64,000 nucleotides of DNA from an uncultured virus (IMG/VR IMGVR_UViG_3300042886_000142) (lineage: Duplodnaviria; Heunggongvirae; Uroviricota; Caudoviricetes). The stretch lies in IMG/VR virus record IMGVR_UViG_3300042886_000142. The stretch is one strand, 5' to 3'. This document shows positions 42,001-48,231 of this stretch, one piece after another (within the stretch, counting starts at the first letter, position 1; every line of letters begins with the position of its first letter). Position numbers and translations under genes: made by a program. Under the pieces are notes generated by a model that saw nothing but the letters and a program-made list of their open reading frames with translations, did no database searches and was not told the origin of the DNA.

Positions 42001-43010
42001 TTAATTCAATCAAGATGGAAGCTGGTACCAAAGAAGGTAAAGCTGATAACTTATATATTGCAGGAAGAGATAACAAAGTGTATGATCAAAACTTAATCAT
42101 ATATGGATTTGATGAACTAAGAGCAAACTTAGGAAATGAAGGAAAAGATTTATATGGTAAACTTGTTAGACTTGCTGTATTACAATCAGGTGTTACTAAT
42201 TCTCCAATAGCATTCACTAACCTTCTTCCTTATAATGATTTCAAAAATATCTATAATGAAACCTTGTCTGGTTTGGAAAATATGCCTAACTTAGCTGACT
42301 TCAATAAATTACATGTGTTTGAAAGAAACAACTGGAATAATTCTACTATTATGCCATTCATGAGAGTGAGGATGACGTTAGGTAAAAACTATGAAGGGAA
42401 AGCTAATCTATATGATGCTAATGCATATTTTACAGATGTGAATTTAAAGACAGCAATTAAAGAGGGAAGACTTCCTAAAGTTGTAGGTATAAGCCCTTAT
42501 GGTGATGGAAGAAATGATTTTCTTACATATAGCTGGGAAGAGAGTATTCCTTATGCTGAAAGAGTTGCAAGAAAGAAAAGTGGAGATCGTTCTCATATAC
42601 ACAAAGTACTAATGCAAAAAGTATATACAACAGATGATAAAGGTAATCGTATACCATTAATTCAAGTATCTACAGGAAAAGACGGAAGAACTTATACAAA
42701 ACATATATTTAAAGCTATCAATGCTTGGGGTGATTCATTCAGAGCTCAAGAGTTTTATGACTATGAAAGATCTTCTGTATTAGATAATGATTACGATAAA
42801 GTACAAAAAGTAACAGATATACAAGGTAAACAAATTGAATCAGGAGAAGTGACAGATGATGAAGTGGTAAGAATCTTTAGAAACGAAGTTGCTGGAGAAA
42901 CACAAGTTGCTCAACCTGAATTATCTGTAAGTGAAAAACCTGAAGAATTAACCCAAGAAGAATGGGATGGTCTATCAGATGAAGAAAAAAATAAAATAAA
43001 AGAATGTTAA
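30024..43010 (+). CDS. Giant virion-packaged two-barrel RNA polymerase polyprotein with N-terminal membrane/coiled-coil region and zincin-like domain
   Basis: Catalytic GSDFDIDKL (DFDIDK at 40344-40361) preceded by GYRIPTQ, plus ETDGGGY; HEVFE...EELAE zincin-like motif at ~36099. This is the hallmark of crAss-like phages. Confidence 0.92.
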   Translation: MAENNLESKDIAQAGKELGPVPTHLDVQTPLLDRLDLENQFGGYEAPSAPSPLPTYSSPENVYEAPTILSSDRQEEGESLKSLENFLLTKSDTKPGGSITRTLAEVSSNRYDNFVPGDYNNEDAYAQGQGFGSKMVNGVGKGLLLTGTTFLQGTVGLVNGLARWGSDGRFASFYDNEFNRNLDDINKKAEDALPNFYTDREKNGKWYSPDYFMTGNFLWDGIVKNMGFAAGAYLTGGVYSAGLKGLASLPGASRLLSMGRAAEAVAASEEALIGLDKGSEAYGKIKALSDSYLKQYQILDKGHRAVVAGLSTSGEAGFEAYQNLNDFRNQKIEEYKNLNGGVAPQGADLAKINALADGVGNSSFAANVALLSATNYIQFPKILGSSYSAEKGIMNNVTREIGDITEVAGKYAAKEGKSKLLNTFNTVRPYLFSTSEGFEEGAQYAIQMGVKDYYNKKYNNVATDWLDAVSTGITETVGTDEGAKNILIGGLSGALMMAKGTYKQGREESANTAKAIEQFNQFRLSDFTKETIDSVNRGTVLQQEREKLLKEGNISDSKDKETDYIINYLTPRIKFGRFDLVTSEIADYRALASSKTGFDQLVEDGKALPTDTREAYLARLNSFEQTANNVKSLYQSLNLRYGAKVNAEGKQLYTPAVVDKMIYAATKISDYEQRIPGLSTKLITNVDNVSQILQDVSEGNLDSFNGAMSKLEGSKLVNKEDLIEALDDAAYMTMKRDILLKEYDSMKKSPENFQEQTQSFEEIQADAASKEKIKVNTKNGEREVEIGTEYVLGKVTEYSAGGREVYRQPRLTILAKNEDGTIKIKTSNGVIKDISEDELNSYSLTPASKMLTDKKFNYFEKHQNTVFQHYGIKKKNGDPVQGRLEYNDKKGKLTFVYVDENGEVQKEEVWNTLFKAQGEYKYPMIRRLGNLTAAQDKAQLEFENTETTVSDKLQTRNRIIRDLYETSVKRLDEINKKLNNSKASLEKEQLRLENEISKESVTKTGALRKRPTTTLKQLTNTLGNLRSVVEKENKALLSEKQELEASIPYFKEFLDSLSTLPEAGAKMIKQIKDDINALEELIDITNDAIVASDKLLKQIDDLLQKALSIFDDYLTRLKEENPNTPLFIEQLKENIEKYLGEEGARMFVEDRLGFTEKVLELESDINDFSAELKIPELSKKADRLVEDIKELREGLDNLINEQIAKGKILDTFQQFAEDEKAREAEEKQMRDNEALKKSFLGTLTNSVQNFFGTRPYEAASKKTDLGVVGSTKPTKDEIPHQERVNFFGNKIDSFENKDQLKGVIVTANTENEIIAGLTEDFLKDMPEGPKKDKAREEIIFLVMVQDNNDNSFSVVDQTGQPILEDENKINNAIYQVFPSADLMGEYDGVKSSMFREGINDVLKESLTNQYVEWRAEQLDKPTLGDAQSVSASFGQPKLVTYKDQAGNDIVDKGARTSAQAAGLVTQSGLRKNPIVEVAVTNESVSEGSVTFESPTGRVFLRLPGRGLAKLFNRKFNDKEANTIFDVMHQITKNALRDGEINDSSKELFNWLKSVTYWGIAKYPDGKRKAAGYNNIWFEKDGEGVLRLFMSGLNKDSKKAFEFTPTGMQDNKEAIVMLLKEMYNNTDSVKVNGDGWSNPYYEITNIDSEGNPVTREWPNYQTYLLSDKAPDANGKLSIDRTNKELPLATQFRPITESQPINREGIYFSLDDSGSRFKKPQPVAIVEQPVVAPAAITVPATKEFNDDGETPNTIVHDTYGDIVFTLDKEGEVKLDLEGSTNAIVELAKKKTATGSSQEEAENWAGVNLVKSIKSKLSVPAVVTTVEPAIEFNNTTPVVINNDLGTIVYTADKDGKVTLDLEESADAIMKLAETKVGPTMTQEEAENWAGVNLTKSIEKKIAGQLVQQQVPVLPPVADVAPIIEAPVQTEEIIEEAPKAIEEGDVDWNTPAKPKGKKKLYRLQVLDQVSKITTEDWANVEKFIAKVMPNIPLYRVKNIIQATNGRQAYGMLHDAAIYVYEGAEVGTAYHEVFEAVWKMFAGPAEKQLIIDEFRNRKGSYVDRFTGETVEYSKATNEQLKEELAEEFREAVLEGKSVDRSEKYQGKSLIGKLFNDMINFIKEFFYGKNAAANTQALFDRIGNGYYAQYNPFETKLSYANSGIIDINQVTATDESEYRLKIKNIPAKQVHDIIQQMTYSTLSNLAESKKSLFEVQKPKRGELYSRLKREVLEDCIIASRDELYESVARKEQTLEQITPQINNLKDLFDKIKEEWPAIVEKHEEHLKSYSIEFDENDDLNINDEDNSGKGDYVNARQVDSFRKANSVIKLLLATLPKTKLLKGEIVPEVSTIGGVMLMPADQAFITLMNTLHSSVNIDDMFNRLRTMAKANPNYDVLYRRLTNDSALDKPINFDSLQQHDLQLMTAFWNSMKKQNADVVTVFVLPSGEVVIGNSALSGAARQAKREMLNNITEGIRTDKTNYFYYDKKSKKYNPKELVKRISFNSGQLGQYVAFLQGVGIDFKLSDLEDKTKINPDQLRLFRKAVEGIQQSFSNLEDISTLTAKTLNIDKRLTQLGTIKAILENPDFESTYFNINGERTQSFIGTNSISAMHDVLSQLTNIKQLGDTVKGYAAYNYLLTDKFAKGSVMLSKMFDLAEDGDGGRVAGTEDLMKPVFVDGTIDEQNGNKKESSKLSAKQRLVQEMNLNSGGIFLNLVPGDASIEHAIKMYNDDSPFVTDEAFSNGKYLDIFRDYFTSEVELSRDKRTVVTGRSATDLRFFKAILGDALHNKIMSKTNSKKSSEKVYEENKKEIDNAVKAFIIKEAEDTEVLLRNYGIVTTTAEGIETEGLLLTEDKEISQKELADKLKVLSVNYMIANIEMHKLIYSDPYQYSDELKRIKNFNSPRQALLYGSIKVNAALNNKYNEGYEIDDIGYTDMNVDHFVSTVMEDVFSTDELDEYLKPYEETDGGGYITAKANRVFALRSGQWNDSKEQQYRYDVAYEKTVKGIPLTAEEKAFGIKKVTRASGEEVYVGKNPNMKSFYTPIKPIVSGNKNDGKDYNDIVLDKFALVPLSFRILHEMNPESNAIKMYNKMQRENVDYAVYGTGRKVGTGIATPLYLPSGEFNEASFDELNNIPFSIMGVQTEVPSKDTPLVTQGSQITKLATMDFLEAGVPIDFEIKDAKGNIITDFNERFAKWTSFKTEAEKEKVSLLYKEIANNQKLLEAKIEQGYKTLLKKLGITQGVNKKGEPTFTILNKDKLVNTLRDEILKREVNDNIIDALEGFKDGDVVLEATPAYQQIRNILYSIADKNVVRPKISGGQKVQISSTLFESTRIEGKEFKDKNGVTKYRYLSDILNFYKNEDGKRVCEIMVARWFDNAQTKKMTDTELLNYLNNTKEGKSILAGIGYRIPTQKQNSIDSFVIKQFLPKDFGDSVVIPSALVKKVGSDFDIDKLSIYLKNTFTNKQGDLTNIPYFGIGQQAIDKFIKMYDDGELNGYINSKKDALPVGEAEDRLMESMFAENYSIQKDDIINELYQKSLENAYIQSLQNLVSHELNFDNLVKPNSADEMKDLSIDINKEMGNPEIDYGAVGNMLSRGFMSSLRQAFVSGKYAIGIAATGQTNHADNQRTATYIDFDKLKDVDPVDREILGGNPKSNIFARDPNVNFEAYNSIVIDGVNRPTLAMVKNQAGKYISDIIGQFIDGYVDISKGPWIMRLGATPNVTSSWLFLIKLGVPADTVAYFMNQPIVKDYLRTLENKGYTWLFNDRIMIDTLDVYSSGIPLNQQPTISGIPSEEELFKMLKYNKVGIKTQMSDIQKLQQQYILKEFIKYSKMSSQLFDVVQGSNIDTATINDPYLVFKKMLQLEKARKSIISSVDNLLNSSFKGVLKNTIFNVRDAFAEILISDKPNVRTVMQDVLTPYVKLSDRDFVKVSQKAVNDLFDWAVQTNTGVNVNISNILLGKDDKKSAAQQIIDFKDSILGNKYKGISAKPEHPLFDNIILNSIKMEAGTKEGKADNLYIAGRDNKVYDQNLIIYGFDELRANLGNEGKDLYGKLVRLAVLQSGVTNSPIAFTNLLPYNDFKNIYNETLSGLENMPNLADFNKLHVFERNNWNNSTIMPFMRVRMTLGKNYEGKANLYDANAYFTDVNLKTAIKEGRLPKVVGISPYGDGRNDFLTYSWEESIPYAERVARKKSGDRSHIHKVLMQKVYTTDDKGNRIPLIQVSTGKDGRTYTKHIFKAINAWGDSFRAQEFYDYERSSVLDNDYDKVQKVTDIQGKQIESGEVTDDEVVRIFRNEVAGETQVAQPELSVSEKPEELTQEEWDGLSDEEKNKIKEC

Positions 43011-43011
43011 T

Positions 43012-46000
43012 ATGGCACATTGTGTAAATAGAAGTTCTAAAGAGTTTAAAGCATTAGCTGAACAATCTAACATCAATCCAATAGTTCTTGCTGCAAAGGT
43101 TTCTTTGTGGCAGGAAATTAATGGTTTAGATAACTTTCCAAAGATATCAGATATTGTTGTACCAAATGAAACTGCAAAACAAACTTTAGATATAATGAAA
43201 GTGGCTGCTACTAAAATGGGCATAGACTTTGTATCACTTGCAGATTATGCTAAAGCTAATCCAGCCATAGATATAACATCTGTAAATGGACTTGCGGATC
43301 TTCTTAAAGGAGTGATAGCTGTTGCACAAGGAATGGAAGAAGTTGCTACAACTGAAGAAATTGTTCACTTAGCTACAGCTATTCTTGAACAAACTAATCC
43401 ACGACTTATAACACAACTTATTAGTAAGATAGATAGATTTAAAATCTACAATCGAACTTTTGAATTATACAAGAACAATAAGGCCTATCAATTATCAAAT
43501 GGTAAGCCAGACATTAGAAAGATTAAAAAGGAAGCTGTAGATAGACTTATAGCTGAGTTAATTGTATACAATACAGAAGGATCTACAGAGTTTCCTGAAC
43601 TAATGGATGAAGAAACTCGGTCAATGATTAGACAATGGTGGGAAACTATTCTTGATTATATTAGAGGAGTGTATGGTAAATCTAATATTGATATATTCAA
43701 ATCTACTGCTGCTCAAGTTGCAACAGGTGAAGTTGGAGGTACAGTTGCTGATATAAAACAAGCAGGTGTATTCTTTAATTTATCTGATGATGTTAAGACA
43801 CAGATAGATAATTTCTATAACAATGTTGTAGAGCATAATGATAAACTTGAATTATTTCCTCAAACAGTTGAGGATACAAGACATTATAAGTATGAAGGAG
43901 TTAGAGTGACTAAATCTGTAACAGAAAAAGTAAAAGAGAAGTTTGGTAAAATATTTACTAGAACAGAAGCTCAGAAGCTTGTAGATGATCAAAAAAGAGA
44001 CTGGGGATCTGAAGGACATAGATTTATAGAACAATATATTCTCAACAATCTTATAGATAAAGATGGATATAAAAGAGCGGAGTTTGGTGTTGAACCAATC
44101 TCTTCTACACTTAATGGAGCATTACAAGTACAACTTGGAAAATTTGCACAAGGATTAATCAATTCATATCCAGCAGGAACTAGATTCCTTATAGAAAAGA
44201 AAGTGGTTAATACTAAAGTGAAAGGAATGATTGCTTCTGCAGTGGATTTCAAAGCTATATATCCTATCAATAAGAAAGATGGTACCCAAGGCATGAAAAT
44301 TGATAATCTTGACTGGAAGTTCACATCTATAGATAAAAACAAAGATGAAGATATTCCTTGGTATAAAAGAAGAGAGTGGGTTCCTCAAATGGGTGAATAC
44401 ACACAAATAGATTATAATTATGGAGCTACAAGAGATCAGATAGGCAAAGCTAGGATGATTCCATTCATAGTGAACTATGATAACACTGTACAATCAGATA
44501 AATCATCTCCTCTTATTCCAACAAGTCTTGAAATAGGTAAGCTTGATTCTTTAACAGAAACAAACTTATACTTACTTCCTGTTCCTACATTAGCTGAATC
44601 TACAGGTAATCCACAAGTGGATGCTCTTATAACTTCATTACAGACACAGTATGAGAAAATGTTTAAGAAACATGGACCTGAAGAAACTGAGTTTGCTAGA
44701 AAACAACAATTGTCTCAACTTAGTAAAGCTATTCGTAACTTACATATCAAATTAAATTTTGAACCATTATATAATGTTGCTAAAACCTTTTTAGAGAATG
44801 CTAAAACTGCAATTTCTGATTTCGAGAAATTAGATTATGCAAACTTAGATGAAGCAGAACTTAGTAAAGGATTAAAAGAATTATTAGAATACAGCAAGAG
44901 TGCTAATAAGTTTGCTTCTATGGATGAAGTATTTCTTTCTCAATACCCTAAAGCTGGTATGACAGAAGAGAATAAAAGAACGCTTGATGGACTTGAAGAT
45001 ATTACTAAGAGTACACAAAGGATGCAAGATAAAATTCTTGACTTACAAAAAATATTTACAGCTAATATTGCTGTTAAACAAGGAATTGTTTCTGAAGAAA
45101 AGAAACTAACAGTAGTAGAAGCTGAAGCTGCTATAAATGGATTTGCTAAAACTTGGGCTGAGGGAACAAGACTGTCTGCTAAGATAGTTAAACTTGCTTC
45201 TAATTTAATTATGAATGCTAGCTCTATGGTTAATAGAGAAGCAGCTAAACAAATAAAACTATTTGGTAAGCTATTGATTCCATTAGAAGAATCAGCAAGT
45301 GCTCAAGGAAAGAATGCATTTGATTTAATAGCAACTATGACTCCATCTGGACCTGCATTAGTTAAGAAAATAGATAGAGAGTTCTTAGATAAATTAAAAG
45401 AAGCCAGAGAGAATAAGAATAAATCTTTTCTAATGGATAATATGAATATGACTGAGTTCAATGAACAAGCAAAAAGTTATATTGAAACTAATCTAAAAGT
45501 ATTAGATAATACTAAGTATTCTTTAGATTTAGATGAGGATGCTCGCATGAGAGAACTTCAAAAGAAAAATCTTAGAAACTCTATTGATATTAATAAAGAT
45601 TCATTTAATGGATACACTAATTATAACTTTATACAATTATCTAATCAAGCGATGATTGAAAAAGGTCATTATTCTAAAGAGTATCAACAAATGGCTAATA
45701 ACCCAGCTGCATTAAATATGTGGGAGTTCTTAACAGCATTAAATCAAAAAGGTAAAGACTTAGGTTATCTTCAAAATAACTCTATATCATTCTTTCCATT
45801 GATAGAAGCTACTACATTAGAAAAGTTTGGAAAAACATCAGATGTTATTGCAGAAGCAGGAGATTTCTTTAAAGGATTATATTCTACAAATATAAATGAA
45901 GAACAAAATCTTTCTAAAATAGATCCTGAAACAGGCAAGGTTAAGAAACAAATACCTAAATATTTTACTAAGACTGATAAGACTTATAATCAATTGTCTA

Positions 46001-47748
46001 CAGATCTTAATAAAGTGGGAAGTCTTTGGATCAAAGCATTATTAGATTATGAAAGTGCTATTAATATGGAAGATACTCTTCAGACATTATTAGCTGTAGA
46101 GAACGCAAAAGGATCATTAACACTTGATGAAAATGGAACTGTTCAATTTGATTCTTCTAATGAACCAATATTACAGAAAGAAAATAAAAATGCTGCTATC
46201 CTAGAAACTATTATTGATGATAGTTTATACAAACTAGAACAAGATCTTGGATCATTAGGTAACATTGGTATATCTACTATTACAGGAAAACTTAGTAAGA
46301 CAGAAGAAGGTAAACAGAAAGCTGCTGTAAATATTAAAAAGACATTAAGAAATGCTGACACATTAACAAGAGCACTTGCTGTAGGACTTAAACCTTTAAT
46401 TTCTATAGCTAACTGGGCTGGTGGTCAGTTTCAATCTTATATCAACGCTGGTGGATTATATACATTCTGGGGAGATTTTGAAAAGAATAACCTAAAGGTA
46501 TCAACTAATAAACTATCTCTTATAGAGAAAGGATTATTACATATGATGGTTCCGTTAACTGAAGATGTTGTTACAGAAGAAAGAAGAAAAATAGCTAAAG
46601 AACAAGGATTGATTAAATATCTTTCAACATGGTCATTCAGTGATATAATGATGTCAACCAATGCTTTCCCTGAGAAAAAATTACAACTTGCTAATGCATT
46701 AAGTATCATTGATAATTCAATGGTAATAAATGGTAAAGTGATAAATATAAGACAATATTTAGCTGCTCAAGATAGAGAAAGTAAATATGGTTTATCTGAA
46801 TCAGAAAGAAAGAACTTAGAGGCTACATTTGAAGATAGAGTGAAAGCATTAAAAGAAACTTCTTCATTAACTAAGACAGCAATTGTAGAAGGTGATGAAA
46901 TAGTTATTCCTGGAGTGAGTGATGAAGAGCTTGCTAAATTTAGAACTCAAATCATTGAATACGGCAGAAAGCTTAATGGTCAAATGAATCAAGATAATAA
47001 AGCTGGATATAGAAGAGATGCTATATTTAGTTCATTCATGATGTTTAAAACATGGATTCCTAAATTAGTTGCTGAAAGAACTACAGACATTACAAAAAAT
47101 GTTGAGGTTGGTAACTGGGAATATGGTAGAACAAGAGCATTCATTAAAACTTGGGCCCATTTAGGAACAAGAAACATAATGGCTATGCGAGATATAATCA
47201 ATGGTACTGATGAAGGATTAAGAATTCTTGATGAAATGCTACAAGATAAAAGAGATGAGCATTATAGAAAGACTGGTCAAGAGTTAGATATAACTAAAGA
47301 AGAATTCTATGATCTTATGAGAAGAGAATTAACTAATCAAATGAAAGAGTTAAAACTTTTAGTATTAATTATGGCTACGTTGGTTGCTGCTAAAGCTGCT
47401 GAACCACCAGAAGATGCTACAGATCTTGAGAAGAATAGATATAAGTTATGGGCTAAGATGTTAAACAAAATATCTGATGAGGTAACCTTCTATTATAATC
47501 CTTTATCATTTGAAGCTATGACAAAAGGATCTATACTTCCATCATTAACATTAGTCACTAAAGTGGAGAGAGTGTTTATTCAATTTAATAAAGAATTTGG
47601 TGATGAACCAACTAAAGCATATCCTCAAAAAGCTATATTCAATTTAATTCCTGGTCTTTCTCAATTCCAAACAGAAATTCTACCATATGTAGATCCTGAG
47701 TTAGCTAAATCGTGGGGAATAAGAGTTAGTGCTGAATCAAGAAGATAG
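43012..47748 (+). CDS. Large ejected protein with degenerate zincin-like N-domain, PD-(D/E)xK-like domain and helical C-terminus
   Basis: 1578 aa; EEIVH...KEA, then GSEGH...IEKKV...SAVDF...LDWKF; C-terminal FMMFKTWIP region with hydrophobic helices. Confidence 0.65.
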   Translation: MAHCVNRSSKEFKALAEQSNINPIVLAAKVSLWQEINGLDNFPKISDIVVPNETAKQTLDIMKVAATKMGIDFVSLADYAKANPAIDITSVNGLADLLKGVIAVAQGMEEVATTEEIVHLATAILEQTNPRLITQLISKIDRFKIYNRTFELYKNNKAYQLSNGKPDIRKIKKEAVDRLIAELIVYNTEGSTEFPELMDEETRSMIRQWWETILDYIRGVYGKSNIDIFKSTAAQVATGEVGGTVADIKQAGVFFNLSDDVKTQIDNFYNNVVEHNDKLELFPQTVEDTRHYKYEGVRVTKSVTEKVKEKFGKIFTRTEAQKLVDDQKRDWGSEGHRFIEQYILNNLIDKDGYKRAEFGVEPISSTLNGALQVQLGKFAQGLINSYPAGTRFLIEKKVVNTKVKGMIASAVDFKAIYPINKKDGTQGMKIDNLDWKFTSIDKNKDEDIPWYKRREWVPQMGEYTQIDYNYGATRDQIGKARMIPFIVNYDNTVQSDKSSPLIPTSLEIGKLDSLTETNLYLLPVPTLAESTGNPQVDALITSLQTQYEKMFKKHGPEETEFARKQQLSQLSKAIRNLHIKLNFEPLYNVAKTFLENAKTAISDFEKLDYANLDEAELSKGLKELLEYSKSANKFASMDEVFLSQYPKAGMTEENKRTLDGLEDITKSTQRMQDKILDLQKIFTANIAVKQGIVSEEKKLTVVEAEAAINGFAKTWAEGTRLSAKIVKLASNLIMNASSMVNREAAKQIKLFGKLLIPLEESASAQGKNAFDLIATMTPSGPALVKKIDREFLDKLKEARENKNKSFLMDNMNMTEFNEQAKSYIETNLKVLDNTKYSLDLDEDARMRELQKKNLRNSIDINKDSFNGYTNYNFIQLSNQAMIEKGHYSKEYQQMANNPAALNMWEFLTALNQKGKDLGYLQNNSISFFPLIEATTLEKFGKTSDVIAEAGDFFKGLYSTNINEEQNLSKIDPETGKVKKQIPKYFTKTDKTYNQLSTDLNKVGSLWIKALLDYESAINMEDTLQTLLAVENAKGSLTLDENGTVQFDSSNEPILQKENKNAAILETIIDDSLYKLEQDLGSLGNIGISTITGKLSKTEEGKQKAAVNIKKTLRNADTLTRALAVGLKPLISIANWAGGQFQSYINAGGLYTFWGDFEKNNLKVSTNKLSLIEKGLLHMMVPLTEDVVTEERRKIAKEQGLIKYLSTWSFSDIMMSTNAFPEKKLQLANALSIIDNSMVINGKVINIRQYLAAQDRESKYGLSESERKNLEATFEDRVKALKETSSLTKTAIVEGDEIVIPGVSDEELAKFRTQIIEYGRKLNGQMNQDNKAGYRRDAIFSSFMMFKTWIPKLVAERTTDITKNVEVGNWEYGRTRAFIKTWAHLGTRNIMAMRDIINGTDEGLRILDEMLQDKRDEHYRKTGQELDITKEEFYDLMRRELTNQMKELKLLVLIMATLVAAKAAEPPEDATDLEKNRYKLWAKMLNKISDEVTFYYNPLSFEAMTKGSILPSLTLVTKVERVFIQFNKEFGDEPTKAYPQKAIFNLIPGLSQFQTEILPYVDPELAKSWGIRVSAESRR

Positions 47749-47758
47749 TAGATAGAAC

Positions 47759-47822
47759 GCTATATTATACCAGTTATTTACCATACATCCTTTTAATATA
47801 CATATTTAATAATTAACTTTGC
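47759..47822 (+). promoter_or_regulatory. Composite promoter: GCTATATTAT box plus -7 TAACTTTG
   Basis: Same architecture and identical spacing as 61799..61862. Confidence 0.55.
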
Positions 47823-47826
47823 TTAC

Positions 47827-48219
47827 ATGAGAACAGCTGCAATTTGCCCAACATGTGCTGTGTACGAGAATGCTAAATGCATTGTCTACAATGGCCCTTA
47901 TCTTACTAATATAAAAGTGAATCCTTTAGAGGATCTTGAATCTATATTATCTAAGATAAATACTAATTTAGTACCATTATCTGGTACAACTGCTCCTAGT
48001 AGCTCTGCTACATATTTAGGACAAACTTATTTGAATACAACAAGATATATGTTATACTTTGCTAAGTCTGTAGGGACTGGAGCAGCTGACTGGAGTCTTG
48101 TATTAACAACCCCTGCTACAGGTACACCTGAGTTAGCTAACAATGCTGCTGCTCTATTTGCTGGCTTAGTTGCTGGTCAGATCTACCGTACAGGAGATCT
48201 TCTTAAAATCGTTCACTAA
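47827..48219 (+). CDS. Small fibre/adaptor protein carrying the shared anchor domain
   Basis: CPTC...CIVYNGPYLTNIKVNPLEDLESILSKI; C-terminal ANNAAALFAGLVAGQIYRTG phage-fibre tip-like motif. Confidence 0.7.
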   Translation: MRTAAICPTCAVYENAKCIVYNGPYLTNIKVNPLEDLESILSKINTNLVPLSGTTAPSSSATYLGQTYLNTTRYMLYFAKSVGTGAADWSLVLTTPATGTPELANNAAALFAGLVAGQIYRTGDLLKIVH

Positions 48220-48231
48220 TAATCCAATCCA

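Noticed and set aside
31382..47201. Numerous short minus-strand ORFs inside the RNAP and cargo genes
   Set aside because: Antisense shadows with no recognisable motifs.
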